A stretch of 64,000 bases of DNA from Mustelus asterias (GCF_964213995.1 NC_135805.1:145824001-145888000); one strand, 5' to 3'; shown: positions 1 through 14,721, numbered from the stretch's first letter. Made by a program: numbers and translations. Notes: generated from the letters alone by a model not told the origin.

Positions 1-264
<264 letters not shown>

Positions 265-295
265 ACAAATTCACCCAATTCTCACAAAACCCAAA

Positions 296-311
296 GGCTC
301 TTTTCAGGGCC
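296..311 (+). terminator. Histone 3' stem-loop of H4
   Basis: GGCTCTTTTCAGGGCC after CCAAA; purine-rich HDE-like TTGAGAG about 15 nt downstream. Confidence 0.93.
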
Positions 312-451
312 GCCCAGATCCTCACATTGAGAGCACTGACCTTGGTACAGCAGCGGGCTCTTTCTACATATTGAATTTCATGCAGCTTTATCATCTGTTT
401 CGGAATTGGACCATTCTGCATTATCCCTGTAACAATCCTGTTGCACAAGCT

Positions 452-933
452 CTGGAAATGCCGGCGTTGGACTGGGGTAAACACAGTAAGAGTTTTAATA
501 ACACCAAGTTAAATTCCAACTGATTTATTTGGTAGCAAATGCCATTAGTTTTCGGAGCAGCACGATAGCCACGTTCCGCACACATGAGGACGGCCTCAAC
601 CGGGATATTGGGTTCATGTCACACTATCTGTAACCCCCACAGCTTGCCTGGACCTTCAGAGTCTCACTGGCTGTCCTGTCTGGAGACAAGACACATCTCT
701 TTAGCCTGTCTTGATGCTCTCTCCACTCACATTGTTTGTATATTAAAGACTTGATTAGCTGTAAGTATTCATATTCCAATCATTATTCTGTAAATTGAGT
801 TTGTCTTTATAGGCCCTTTTGTGAACAGAGTTCCCACTCACCTGAGGAAGGGGCTTAAGGCTCCGAAAGCTTGTGGCTTTTGCTACCAAATAAACCTGTT
901 GAACTTTAACCTGGTGTTGTTAAACCTCTTACT
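452..933. mobile_element. Penelope-like element remnant (inverted terminus, EN tail and pLTR)
   Basis: Shares CACCAGGTTAAAGTCCAAC-type ends in inverted orientation and the KFRTHEDGLNRD-coding tail with the RT/GIY-YIG elements at 39.9 and 54.5 kb; absent from the H4-H3 spacer of unit 2. Confidence 0.85.
839..875 (+). ncRNA. Minimal hammerhead ribozyme motif (PLE pLTR)
   Basis: CAC-CTGAGGA-A-GGGGC-ttaag-GCTCC-GAAA-GC-TT-GTG. Confidence 0.65.
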
Positions 934-1139
934 GTGCAGAAAGAGGCCATCCTTCATGGTGAAGTGTGTGTGTGACACTGTTTTGCGCCTATCACTGGGA
1001 GTTTGCTCCCAGCCTGTTCTGGCTCTATCACGGAATGAATCTGAATGTGTTCCTGGTGCGAAGGCAGTGAGGAAAAGTTTGCAGTGAAATTGGCGGTATT
1101 TTTGGCGGTGAATTTTGAAAAACAGGCGCCATCCGAGCT

Positions 1140-1703
<564 letters not shown>

Positions 1704-1732
1704 AAACCGACCTCAACCCCCAATCCAAAAAA

Positions 1733-1748
1733 GGCTCTTTTCAGAGCC
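1733..1748 (+). terminator. Histone 3' stem-loop of H3
   Basis: GGCTCTTTTCAGAGCC followed by the HDE AAAAGAGCTG. Confidence 0.95.
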
Positions 1749-2462
1749 AACTATTCTGTCAGGAAAAGAGCTGCACCGCGGATTGCGGATCATTAGAGCA
1801 ATCTATCTAACCACCAGGGCGGGGAACATCTATTCACAGTTAAGGGAAACAGTGTATAATAGGCATATCCACATTCCAAAGGTAATAACAAATCCATGAC
1901 ACATACTGAGGGAATGTTTTAAACGCAATTCCTGAGATATATTGCTAATACTTTAATGTACCGACATTTTATACTGGGTGCCAGAAATATGAAGATTTCC
2001 TCGAACCCACATTCCCCTAACGTTAGATATATGAATAACGATTTTAAAATGCACATTCAGTCCGGACTGGTCAATGCAGAATTCAATCTCCCTTCATCCG
2101 GGAAATGCATCCAATGTTATTTGTAGGGAGACACATAAATGAATGAAAGGAAGAGTGGTTCTCAATTGTGATTTGTAACACGTACAAATTTAATTCCTGT
2201 ACTCTTCTCTAAGAGGATAATGATGCATTGTCAGACAGATATGGATCAATCGCACACTCAGTGGCTGCAAAATATTGATAGAAAAATTACAACACGTCAA
2301 ATTTGAGAGGCTGATATAGAAACATGTCCGCACTTATCTTCCTACGCGTTGACCCTCCCCGCCCTTTCACAGATACTCAATCCAGCTCATTCTAGTGAAG
2401 AAATCTCTCATTCGCCACCAATCAGACGGATAACGGGTCACCCTTTCTCAGAGAAAGTGGGT

Positions 2463-2478
2463 GGCTCTGAAAAGAGCC
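2463..2478 (-). terminator. Histone 3' stem-loop of H2A
   Basis: Reverse complement GGCTCTTTTCAGAGCC-ACCCA. Confidence 0.95.
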
Positions 2479-2506
2479 TTTGGGTTGTTAGATTTCAGTG
2501 GTCACT

Positions 2507-2902
<396 letters not shown>

Positions 2903-4276
2903 TCAAAGACTTTGACAGAGAATGAGAAAAGCCGCCCAGATTCACTTCTCTTATAGCTTGGGGAGGGATGGCGGTGCACACATTGCTGATTGGCTATGGG
3001 GAAAACCTGATGACACCTTCTCCATAATGACCAATCAGATATCTGTTTAAAGCACCAATCGGGAAAGGCCACGGTGCTGAAGGTGGAAAGGGCGCCAAAT
3101 TCTCAGATTCCAACCGATTCATTATTTCAAATAAGCGCCAAAATACACAGGAAAAGTCGAATAGGAACTGTAAAAAATGTTAATGCCTAATTCAGATTTC
3201 AGCTCAAGATTAGAATACACTCCATTTCTCTTCCTAATCTAAAATTTCCCTTTCTCAGGCAGTTTCTGGTTTTATGTGTGGGATTTCTGCGTAACTGTCA
3301 ACAAGTCGGAAATTAGTTGAAGGAACCCACCGCGGGAAATTTGAATTAAAATCAGGAGCAACATTTTCAAATTCCAACCGATTGATTTTCACGTTTAAAA
3401 TCCCGCCAACAAGAAATAATTCAAATAACAAACCAGCTTTTAATGTGATTTTTTTTAACATTCATCCAATCTATCTTTCTCCAGTTCCTGATTGTGTCTG
3501 TCTGGTTAATGAGTACAGGGCAATAATTCGAAAATAGCGCCAAATTAGCAGAATCCCAAAATGTTTTTTTTTTAATTCAACATGGATGAGACCGTCGATA
3601 TATGTCAGAATCAAGGAAATGCTTTCACCCGGAAAGTCTCCAGAATAGTCAACACCGCTCAATGACCATGTTTAGAAACTACCGTCCAGTATTTTACTGG
3701 TTCCTATTTTATCACAAGTCTCAGATTCGCTTTTACAAACCGGGATCCATTCGAGTTTAATCTCGGTCTTTTTTGAAACCCGCTTTCCTGGCGGCGGGAA
3801 GTCCCATTTCTAGTACTTTGGACGACAATGGTGCGGATTTTGAACAAATTAACATTGTATTATAAAACAATATTCTAATACCGTCTCCGTGTTATGGACT
3901 GCTGCCGATTGGCGCCGCTCAAAAGCAGAGAGCACATCTTGGTTTAAATTTGCCAGTATTGAGATTGATGCTTCATAAAACACCAGTGCTTACAGGGAAT
4001 GAAATGATCGGTTACAGAGACAAAACCGGAACAGAACTGGAATTGGAAACATTTGTTTCCTATTTGCTGTCTCTCCCTAAAGACAGTGAAACTGTCCGAA
4101 TATCAACTCAGGGGGTCAGTGGCCAGACATTATTCGTCGGCAATAGTTAAGACTAATAGCCAAACAGGCGAGAACTCTATTATCCAGAACATCCGGACTG
4201 AAACACTAACGAAAAAAAAATTAGAAGTATATTTCAAAAACAAATATAGTATAGCTTTCTCACAGAAGTTGTGGGT

Positions 4277-4292
4277 GGCTCTTAAAAGAGCC
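4277..4292 (-). terminator. Histone 3' stem-loop of H2B
   Basis: Reverse complement GGCTCTTTTAAGAGCC-ACCCA. Confidence 0.95.
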
Positions 4293-4324
4293 GTTGCGTA
4301 TATTTTTCAGTGCATTGTGTAGTT

Positions 4325-4702
4325 TTACTTGGAGCTGGTGTACTTGGTCACCGCCTTTGTCCCCTCCGACACGGCGTGCTTGGCCAGTTCCCCGGGCAGC
4401 AGCAGGCGCACGGCGGTCTGGATCTCCCGGGAGCTGATGGTGCTGCGCTTGTTGTAATGGGTCAGGCGGGAAGCCTCACCCGCGATGCGCTCGAAGATGT
4501 CGTTAACGAACGAGTTCATGATGCTCATGGCCTTGGAGGAGATGCCGGTATCGGGGTGAACCTGCTTCATCACTTTGTAGATGTACAGACTGTAACTCTG
4601 CTTCCTGGTCTTCCTCCTCTTCTTACCACTTGCGGTTGCCGGTTTCTTCTGCGCTTTTTTGGCGCCCTTCTTGGAACCTTGGAGTTTCTTTTCTTCAGGC
4701 AT
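4325..4702 (-). CDS. H2B: Histone H2B (125 aa)
   Basis: MPEEKK...[24 protein letters not shown]...AVTKYTSSK*. Confidence 0.97.
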   Translation of the reverse strand: MPEEKKLQGSKKGAKKAQKKPATASGKKRRKTRKQSYSLYIYKVMKQVHPDTGISSKAMSIMNSFVNDIFERIAGEASRLTHYNKRSTISSREIQTAVRLLLPGELAKHAVSEGTKAVTKYTSSK

Positions 4703-4778
4703 GGTGCATGAAGACTGCAGACACAGAATAACTGAAACGTCCCCAGAACTCCTCTCTTAAAGATTAACCCAGACAACT

Positions 4779-4786
4779 ATGCAAAT
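4779..4786 (-). promoter_or_regulatory. H2B octamer element (Oct-1/OCA-S site)
   Basis: ATGCAAAT about 80 bp upstream of the H2B ATG; the classic H2B subtype element; mutated to CTGCAAAT in the pseudogene copy. Confidence 0.85.
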
Positions 4787-5114
4787 GAAGGATGGGCGAA
4801 AGACGTGTTCATCATTGACTAATCTATAATGATGCTGTGTTTTCTGCTTATTTCATTGGTTCGGTCCGATAACCAATCACAGTTATTGCTCCTCACATCC
4901 ACAAATTCTCTGCAGCCACATCCTCCACTCCCCTTACTGCCTCCTTATTCAAACAATTCCCTAACTTCCTCACTGCTGATAAAACCACATCACTATAAAA
5001 TACTGCTGACACCGTTCACACCTCTTCCCTTCCTCACGAGTAAGAACTGCTCCTTATTTTATTCCATCGACTCGATGTCGCAGTCCAGAATATTTGAGTT
5101 CAATCCCAAAGGCT

Positions 5115-5760
5115 GGTTAGCACTGCTGCCTCGCAGCGCCAGGGATCCGGGATCAAATTCGCCCTCGGATCACTGTCGGTGTGGAGTTTGCACGTTCTCC
5201 CCGTGTCTGCATGGGTTTCCTCCGGGTGCTCTGGTTTGCCCCCACAAAGATGCGCAAGTTAGGTTTATTGGCCATGCTAAATTGCCTCTTAATATCCCAA
5301 CATAAGGTAAAATTTAAAGTAAAGTTTATTTACTACACACAAAAAGGCTCACATTAACACTGCAATGAAGTTACTGTGAAAATCTCCCAGTCGCCACACT
5401 CCGGCGCCTGTTCAGGTATACTGAGGGATAATTTAGTATTGCCAATGCATCTAACCAGCACTCCTTTCGGACTGTGGGAGGAAACCAGAGCACCCAGAGT
5501 AAACCCACGCAGACACGGGGAGAACATGCAAACTCCACACAGTCACCCAAGCCAAGAATCGAATGCGGGTTCCTGACACCGTGAGGCAGCAGTACTAACC
5601 ACTGTGCCAACATTCCACCCCTACAACGTGTGTTGGTTAGGGGATTAGCTGAGTAAATACGTTATGGAGATAGGGGTCTGGGTAACATGTTTTCTCAGGG
5701 AGTAGCTGCAGACTCAATGGACCGAATGGCCTGCTTCTGTACTATAAAGATGACATGATG
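5115..5760 (+). mobile_element. HE1/V-SINE-like tRNA SINE interrupted by an antisense SINE (about 5305-5615)
   Basis: TGGTTAGCACTGCTGCCTC... head, V-domain GGAGTTTGCACGTTCTCCCCGTGTCTGC and LINE-like tail. Confidence 0.8.
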
Positions 5761-5881
5761 AAACTGCGGCTCATGTGCACGTTGCTGACACAAGTCCCCC
5801 AGTGGACATGGGTATCAGGTCAATCTCAAAAAGCCTGACTGTAAAAGACCTCTGCCATCTATCCGATCCTCGTGTTTATAT

Positions 5882-6207
5882 GGGCAGCATGGTGGCACAG
5901 TGGTTCACACTGCTGCCTCACAGCACCAGGGACCTGGGTTCGATTTCTGGCTTGGATCACTGTCTGTGTGGAGTTTGCACATTCTCCCTGTGCCTGCGTG
6001 GGTTCCCTCTGGGTGCTCTGGTCTCCTCCCACAGTCCAAAGATGTGTGGGTTAAATGGTTTGGCCATGCAAAATTGCTCCTTAGTGTCAGGGAGACTAGC
6101 TGGGGTAAATACATGGGGTTAGGGGGATAGGGCCTGGGTGGGGTTGTGGTTGGTCCAGACTCAATGAGCCGAATGGCCTCTTTCTGCACTGTAGGATTCT
6201 ATGATTT
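5882..6207 (+). mobile_element. Full-length HE1-like SINE
   Basis: A box TGGCACAGTGG, B box GGTTCGATT, V-domain and ATTCTATG tail. Confidence 0.85.
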
Positions 6208-6316
6208 AGTATTATTCAGTATTAGACATTCTATGTTTCATTATTATCATCAATATTATTTCATAGTTTACATCTTCTGACACGGAAGTTTCATTATTAA
6301 CTCTGTTTCTCCACAG

Positions 6317-6590
6317 GTTTTCTCCGGGAGTTCTGGATTCCTCCCATATTCCAAATATGTGCAACGTAGGTGGATTGGACATGCTAAATAACCACTTCAT
6401 GTTCAAAGATGTACAGGTTAAGTGGATTCGCGATGGCAAATTGCCCCTTGGTGTCAAAATATCAGCAAATTAGATGAATTAAATATGGTAAATGGGTGGG
6501 GTTATGGGGATAGAGTCGAGGGTAGTGTCTGGTTGGGATGCTTGGAGGGATGGTGCAGCCTCTTTCTGCACTGTTGGGATTCTATGGTTC
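6317..6590 (+). mobile_element. 5'-truncated HE1-like SINE
   Basis: Central and tail similarity to the other copies. Confidence 0.65.
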
Positions 6591-9229
6591 TATCTCTGGG
6601 TGTTTGGAAATGAATCTACCAGTTGCTGCAAATCATGTTTTCTTGTTTACTCTGTTCATGTCAGTGCATGGAAGATGTGGGTTGTTCTCTGTGGCTGCCA
6701 AACTTTGATAATTGTTGCAGTGTGAGCCAACCTGATTCCGTTGTCCCATGTGTATGTGAGTATGTTATTTCATTTTGGTTTCTGACAGTTTCTCACACAG
6801 GAAATTATAATGGTTCCAACCTGTGTCATTTTTTGGTTCGCTGATCACTATTCAACACAGAATCTGAGAGTTTCTGGAATGTGAGAGTGGAATTTCACTC
6901 ATATGTGATTATTTGTGTCTGGATTTTATTCTCTACCTGTTAGCTACTTCATTATAATTGTCATAATTCTGTAAGCATTTTATTTTATAATTGATTGAGG
7001 GTTTTCAAACTCTGTCTCTGGAATGTGGATATGCCAATTATTCACTGCCTTTTCCTGAATTGTGAACAGATGTCTTTTTTTTCCCTGTCTTGGTCCTCGC
7101 ATTTTAAAGTGGGTTGTACAATATATCTCTGATAGGAAAACAATAAATTGCATAGGATTGGAGCACATTGCCCATCGCTCCTGCTCCACCATTCAATGTG
7201 ATCATGAATGGTGTTGGATTTCACACTGATTTTCCAAATTGTTGTCCCATATCCTCGCCTTCTCAAAAGACTAAACTCGAGGTAACATAACTCTAATTTA
7301 CTCAGTCTCTCATCATATGGCACCCTGAACCCAGGTACTAATTTAGTAAACACTTGTGAGTATTGTTAACAATAGTAATCTGGTTCTCTGATCTCTTTAT
7401 GGGATTCTGGGTTTTAGGATTTATCGTTCTGCAAGTGGGTGTTGCTATTGTTTGTCTCACTGTCAGAACAAAGTTTTGCTTTTATATCAGTCAGTTTGTG
7501 GTACTCTGCCTGTTGTTTTCCATTCTCGAGAGTAGAAATCCTTTTATTTGATGATTATTCTTCAGGATTGTAAAATAGGATGTTCATTCTATGATTTCTC
7601 CTCCCTGTGAATGCTGAATGATTTGCATTACTCTGCACACACCATTTGCACATGTAAAGTTGTGTATTTATTCCCTCTTTGTATCAATTGGTATTTGTAA
7701 TGTAGCAAAACTGGGATTAAATCTGTCTCTAAAATTATCTGGTACAACCTGTGAGAGTGGGTTCCAGCAGAATCTGTCTGGAACAAATGTGAGGTTGAAG
7801 TTGATTGTGATCCCATCAAAACCGTTGAGTTAGATTTATTTTGTGTCATTCAGTCTGTGGCATGTCATGTGACTGTGGATTCAGCTCTGTGTCTATTCGA
7901 CTTTGAAATATATCGACTGCAATTATTACTGTGGTTATAGCTCTGTGCGTATTTTTCTCGTAATGTATACAGCTTCTGCCTGTAAATTATATTTTGTCCA
8001 TTCTACTACAAATTACTATTTCATTCCAATGTCAGACAGGATATTTAAGTCTAGCTTTTTAAAAATTCTGTAATTGTAGTCTCCTCCTCTCACCTGGGTT
8101 AGAGGGAAATGTTAAATAGTCACCCAATTGTGCACTGTTTTACTCTTGGACTGAAAGTTGTTCTTTAGCTTGGGAGTCCAAATATGTGCGGGACCATAGT
8201 TTCAGGGGGGTGAACAGGGTAAATGTGTGGGGTTGCGGGAATAGGACCTGGATGGGATTGTGGTCGGTACGGACTTGATGGGATGAATGGCTTTCTTCTG
8301 TACTGTGGGGATTCTATGATTCTATGAACAGTACGGGACTGAATAATTATACTCTTTGTTACATTGGGCCTGATGATCTTGCAGTATCTGTGTACTTTGT
8401 GAGTGACACTTATCTACATTGTGTCGGAATTAGCTGAGCATTTCAGGTGCTTAAGTTCTGTCTTTTTAAATTGATACTATTATGTATCGACCTCAATTCA
8501 GAAGGCATCAGGAGTATCCATTGCCCAGGTTTGTTTGAATTTTTTTTGTATGTTACATTTTTGTTTTGTGCAAGAATGATGCGGAGATCTCACAATCTGA
8601 ATGGACACACAAACACAGTGATATTCTCCTGTTTCCCCCACCCCTATCACACAGTCTCTCCTGCACATTATTCACATCTACACAATCACAGGCTAAAATG
8701 TTTTGGAAATTGAAACTTCCGAGGGCATATTGTCCCTCTCTTTCCCCTGCTATGTTGGATAATTGTAAATTCTACATTCACTTTGTTAATCTCTCTGTAT
8801 TTCCTGCCCCACGTATTGTGTTAACCTCACTCCCCAGCAGCAGCCAGATGTGTTTTCATGAAATTACATTGATCGTGCAGCTCTCCTCAAGGTGAAAATA
8901 CAAATGATATTTTCACTAAACCTCAAGATTTTCCAGTTTGAGGTTATCCTCCTGCACTGCTCAGTAACACTAAACCCTGAACTCAACAGCAGGGACGTCC
9001 AGTTAAAGAATAGTCCCCAGTCGCTGATCCTGGAGTTTCTGACAGTCACAGGCAAACTCTGACCATTCTGATCCAAACTGGATATTTTTTAAAAAGGGAT
9101 AAAATCCTGGACATTCTGAGAAGACGGAACAGAAACCATGTCACCCACAACATGGCAGCAGTGTTCACAGTGAGTGTCAGTGTTACACATGTTAGCATTT
9201 TGTCCAAATCATGCGCAATAACATACTGG

Positions 9230-9735
9230 AAAGAGAGAGAGATATGCAGACACATAGCCAGACACATAGACTAAGGGAGAGGGAGATGGAGAAATGAGCG
9301 ACATGGAGATAGCGGAACAGAGTGACAGAGTAAGAGAAAGATTGAGAAAGACAGACAAACACAAAAGGATAGAGATAAAGGGAGAGTTAGGGACAAAAAT
9401 GGGAGATACATATAGTTAGAGAGACAGAGAGAGAGTGAGAGATAAACACACACAGCAAAAGACAGAGAGAGGGAAAGTGAGACAGATAGAGAGATATTGG
9501 GACAGAACTACAGAGAAATGGAATGGAAAACATAGCGAGTAATAGAGAGAGAGGAAGACAGAGGGAGAGAGAGAGAGATGGTGAGACAAATAGAGACACA
9601 CTTAGAGTGATATAGAGAGTCACACTGAGACGGGAGGCACAGTGACAGATAAAGAGAGATTGAGGGAGATAGAACGGGAGAGACTCATAGAGGGACAGAG
9701 AAAATGAATGATAGAGACAGAGAGAGAGGAGGAAT
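9230..9735. repeat. (AG)-rich low-complexity tract
   Basis: Degenerate GAGA repeats. Confidence 0.85.
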
Positions 9736-9759
9736 GGGTGAATGAAAATTCAATATTAA

Positions 9760-10027
9760 GTTGAAGTTAAGTCTATTTATTCGTGTCACAAGTTAGCTTA
9801 CATGAGCACTGCAATGAAGCTACTGTGAAAATCTCCTAGTCGCCACCATCCGGTGTCTGTTCAGGTACACTGAGGGAGAATTTAGCATGGCCAATGAACC
9901 TAACAAGCATATCGTTTAGACTCTGGGAGGAAGCAGAGTACCAATGCCAACATGAGGAGAACATGCAACCTTCACACAGACAGTGCCCCAAGCTGGGAAT
10001 CAATCCCGAATCCCTGGCACTGTGAGA
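9760..10027 (-). mobile_element. SINE, alternative-tail subfamily
   Basis: Reverse-complement V-domain plus the ...CACAGTAGCTTCATTGCAGTG... tail. Confidence 0.7.
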
Positions 10028-10539
10028 AGGTATTGTATTCCAGTTCCAAGCTCTGTGTCAACATCAGAATGAAGAACAATATTACAATAACACATGCATT
10101 AGCAGAGGTAATATGTGGTATGAATACAGCATTAGAATGCATACATACAACAATTCATAATTGCACCGCAAGCATACTCAAAGGGGATAGAATTGCTTTG
10201 GAAACAGATCAGAGTGTGCGACTTTGTAAACCAGGGGAGTGTGTAAAACAGGGGAGTGTGTAAAACAGGGGAATGCTGAAACTGGGGAAAGTGTTTACTG
10301 GGTGCGTGTTAAACAGGGGAGTGTGTAAACTGGGGAATGAGTATACCAGTTGAGTTTATCAAGCAGAGGAATGTGTATAACAGTGGAGTGTCTAAAGCCA
10401 GGGAATGTGTACATCTGGGGCGTGCCTTTACCAAGGGAATGTATAAAGTCATGGGAATCCGTTTGTCAGGGATGTGTGTATACCAGGAGAGTCTGTGATC
10501 CTCAGGGATTTACCTATTGAATTCAACTTAAAATTGGGA

Positions 10540-11892
10540 AAGCGTGAAAATAGTAATGTTCTACATTTCAATAAGATTTCACATAACAGACTACGGTGTA
10601 AAGTTGAAGCACATGGAATTGCAGGTCGTGTCTTGAGATGGATAGAAAGTTGGCTAGCAGACAGGAAGCAAAAGGTTGGCAGAAATGAGTCCTTTTTGAA
10701 TGGCAGTCAGTGAAAAATGGGGTTACACAGGGATCTGTGCTAGGACCCCAACTGTTTACATTATATATTAATGATTTGGAAGAGGGATTTGAATCTATTA
10801 TCTCCAAATTTGCAGATGATACAAAGTTGGTTGGGGGGTGAGCAATGAGGATGATGCAGAGATGCTCAGTGATTTGGACAGACTGAGTGTGTGGATATGT
10901 GCATGGCAGATGCAGTATAATGTGGATTAATGTGATTTCATGCATTTTGGTAGTATTAATAGGAAGACTTGAATGGGTGTAAATTGAGAGAGGTGGATAA
11001 TCAGCGAGACCTTGGGGTCCTCGTACATCAGTCACTGAAAGTACGGCATCAGGTATAACAGGCAGTAAAGAAGGCAAATGGTATGTTGGCCTTCATAGTG
11101 TGACGATTTGAGTATACGGATAGGGATGTTTTGCTGCAATTGTAAAGGGCGTTTGTGAGGCCAAAGCTGGAGTACTGTGTGCAATTTTGGTGTTAATATC
11201 TGAGGAAGGATATCATTCCTATCGAGGAAGTACAGTGAAGGTTTGCCAGGCTGGTTCCTGGGATGGCATATCTGTCATATGAGGAGAGACTAACTTGGTT
11301 AGGATTATGTTCACTGGAGTTTAGAAGAGCGAGAGGGGATCTCATAGGAAATAATAAAATTTTAACAGCGTCAGACAGGGTAGATTCAGTAAAAATGTTC
11401 CCAATGGTGGGGGAGGCCAGATCTTGAGGTCCTAGTTTGATATGGGGTAAACCATTTAGAACTGAGGTGGGGAGAAATTTCTTCACCCAAGGGGTGGTGA
11501 ATGTGCAGAATTCACAACCACACAATGTAGTTGAGGCCAAAACGTTTGATTTCAAGAAGAAATTAGATAACAGCTCTTGGGGCTGAAGGGGTCAAGGGAT
11601 ATGGGGGGAGGGGAGATCAGGATATTGAATTTGATGATCAGCCATGATCAAAATGAATGGCGGAGCAGACTCGAAGGGGCGAATGGCTTACTCCTGCTTC
11701 TAGTTTCTATGTAATGGCATGAGAGAGGGTGCAGAGGAAATTCACCATGATTTTGCCTGGGCTGAAGCGTTTCATCTCCAAAGAGAGGTTGATAATGCCA
11801 GGATTGTTTCCCTTAGAGAAGAGATGATAGATTGGAATTAACTGTTTTCTTTAGTGGAAGGGTCAATAACCAGGGAGCATAGATTGAAGTTA
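10540..11892 (+). mobile_element. CR1/HER1-type LINE, degenerate RT and 3' end, plus an adjacent fragment
   Basis: KFADDTK motif; 3' UTR GATCAGCCATGATC...GAATGGCTTACTCCTGCT. Confidence 0.9.
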
Positions 11893-11904
11893 ATCCCAAA
11901 GGCT

Positions 11905-12730
11905 GGTTAGCACTGCTGTCTCACAGCGTCGGGGACCCGGGATCAATTCCGGCATCGGGTAATTGTCTGTATGGAGTTTGCATGTTCTCAGCGTGTCTGC
12001 ATGGATTTCATCTGGGCGCTCCGGTTTCTTCCCACAATCCAAAGATGCGTAGGTTGGGATTATTGGCTATGCTAAATTGCCTCTTCATGTTCCAACATAT
12101 GTATGTTAGGGGATTAGCTGAGTAAATATGTTATTGTGATAGTGATCTGCGTAACATGTTTTTGCAGAGAGTAGCTGCAGCCTCGATGGGCCGAATGGCC
12201 TGCTTCTGTACTGTAGAGATGACATGATGAAACTGCGGCTCATGTGCACATTGCTGACACAAGTCCGCCAGCTGACATGGATATCAGGTCAATGACAAAA
12301 ACCTGACTGTAAAAAGACCTCTGCCATCTATCCTTCCCAGTGCATATTTGTGCTTATATTCTGTATTCGACATTCTATGGTTCATTATTACAATCAGTGC
12401 TATTCCATAATTTACAGCTTCTGACACGCAAGTTTCATTATTAGCTCTGTTTCTCCACAGGCGTCATCCAGGAGCTCTGGATTCCTCTCATATTCCAAAT
12501 ATGTGCAGCTTAGGTGGATTGGCCATGCTAAATAACCCTTTTGTGTTCAAAGATGCGCAGGTTAGGTGGTTTGGCCATGGTAAATTACCCTTTAGTGTCA
12601 AAAGATTAGCAAGTGAGATGAATTAAACATGGTAAATGCATGGAGTTATGGGGATAGGAGAGGGTAGTGTCTGGTTGGGATGCTCGGAGTGTCAGTGCAG
12701 AAAGAATCTGCACTGTTGGGATTCTATGGT
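11905..12730 (+). mobile_element. Two HE1-like SINEs (about 11905-12228 and 12460-12730) within duplication copy B
   Basis: Paralogous to the SINEs at 5115 and 6317. Confidence 0.75.
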
Positions 12731-14721
12731 TCTGTGTCTGGGTGTTTTGAAATGAATCTACCAGACGCAGCAAATCATGTGGCTTTTTTTTTACTCTGTT
12801 CATGTCAGTGCATGGAAGATGTGGGTTGTTCTCTGTGGCTGCCAGACTTTACTTTGATAATTGTGGCAGTGTGAGCCAACCTGATACAGTTATCCACGTC
12901 TATGTGAGTATGTTATTTAATTTTGGTTTCTAACAGTCTCTGATGCAGGAAATTATAACGGTTCCAAACCTTGTCATGTTCTGGTTCACTGATTGCTGTG
13001 CTACTCAGTATCTGAGATTTTCTGGTGTGTGGAAGTGGAATTTCACTTGTAAGTGATTGTTTGTGTCTGGAATTCATTCTTTACCTGTTAGTTACTTCAT
13101 CATAATCATATCATAATTCTGTAAGCAATTTTTTGGATAAATGATTGAGGGTTTTCAAACTCTATCTGGAATGTGGCTATGCCCATTATTCACTGTCCTT
13201 CCCTGAATTGTGAACAGATGTTTTTTTTTCTTCCCTGTTTTGTTCCTCGCATTTTAAAGAGGGTTGTACAATGTACCTCTCACAGGAACACAATAATTTG
13301 CACAGGATTAAAGCATGTGGCCCATCACTCCTGCCCCACCATTCAATGTGATCACGAATGATGTTGGATTTCACACTGATTTTCCAAACTGTTGTCCCAT
13401 ATCATTCACCTTCTCAAAAGACTAAACTCTGGGGAATATAATCCTCATTTACTCAGTCTCTCATCATAGGGCACCCTGAACCCAGGTACTAATTTAGTAA
13501 ACACTTGTGAGTACTGTTAACAATAGTAATCTGGTTCTCAGATCTCTTTATGGGATTCTGGGTTTCAGAATTTATGGTTCTGCAAGTGGGTGTTGCTCTT
13601 GTTTGTCTCACTGTCAGAATAAAATTTTCCTTCTATATCAGTCAGTCTGTGGTACTCTGCATGTTGTTTTCGATTCTCGAGAGGAGAAATCAGAGAGTGA
13701 ACACCCTATTATCCAATCCTTAAATGCAATCCTGAAACAAAAGGATTTCTACTCTCGAGTGAATGCTGAACGATTTGCATCACTCTGCATACACCATTTT
13801 CACATCTGAAATGTGAAGTTGTGTATTTTATATCCCTGTGTATCGCTCAGTATTTGTAATGTCGCAAAACTGGAATTAAATCTGTCTTTAAAATGATCCA
13901 GTCCAATCTGTGAGAGTGGGTTCCAGCAGGATCTGTCTGGAACAAATGTGAAGTTGAAGTTGATTGTGATCCAGTCAAAACCTTTGAGTTAGATTTCTTC
14001 AGTGTCATTCAGTCTGTGGCATGTCATGTGACTCCGGATTCAGCTCTGTGTCTATTGCACTTTGAAATATATCGACTGCAAATATTACTGTGGTTATAGC
14101 CCTGTGCGTATTTTTCTCGTAATCTTACTGAGGTGGGATTATTGCATGGCTTGTCAGTTTATTGGAGATTCTGAGATTCTGGACATGATTCTCTATCTGT
14201 CACTCTCTAAAATCAACTACAAGTGTGGATTAAGTCAGTTCTCATCAAGTTCCAGCTGACATTGAGTGTATGATTCATTTGAATATCCTGTGTTTCTGCC
14301 GTTGGGTATTAATGTGCCACTATCTGTCTTTTAGTGCCTGATATATTGTATCATTTCTGGACACATTGTATTTGATTGTAGGGTAGATTCTGTATTAATG
14401 CAGATTTTATATGAACAAGATTATTTTCTTGATTCGTCAGTTTCAGAGAGTGTAAGTGATTGTGGGATTTATTATATAGATTTCAGTCTTGGCAGTTTTT
14501 ATAACTAAGGGCTGCATCCTCAATCTGTCAGCCTCCAGTGCGGTGTGTATATGTAGGAATCATTCTGTTGTTGTTTTGTCTCTGGTATGTTTCGGAAGCT
14601 ATTGTTCTTGGGTCTGTCTGAGGCAAGAATGTAAATGGCAGATTAATTTTGCAGCTATGATTCTGTCATTATCCATAAAAGTGTAGTTTTGAATCTGTAT
14701 CTGTTTTGTCGTATATAAGTG

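Larger units (their letters stand above)
5100..8550 (+). repeat. Direct segmental duplication, copy A (copy B about 11893-15630)
   Basis: Both start AATCCCAAAGGCTGGTTAGCAC and end ...GGAGTATCCATTGCCC.GGTTTGTT...TTTTTGTATGTT; colinear internal matches. Confidence 0.85.
8550..11892 (+). repeat. Inverted segmental duplication of about 31030-36490
   Basis: For example NDAEISQSE.THKHSD in ORF 8566(+) and ORF 36127(-); shared 17-bp minisatellite and shared CR1 in opposite orientation. Confidence 0.85.

Noticed and set aside
5882-5950. tRNA genes
   Set aside because: A/B-box sequences are SINE heads continuing into V-domain and tail; no complete cloverleaf seen
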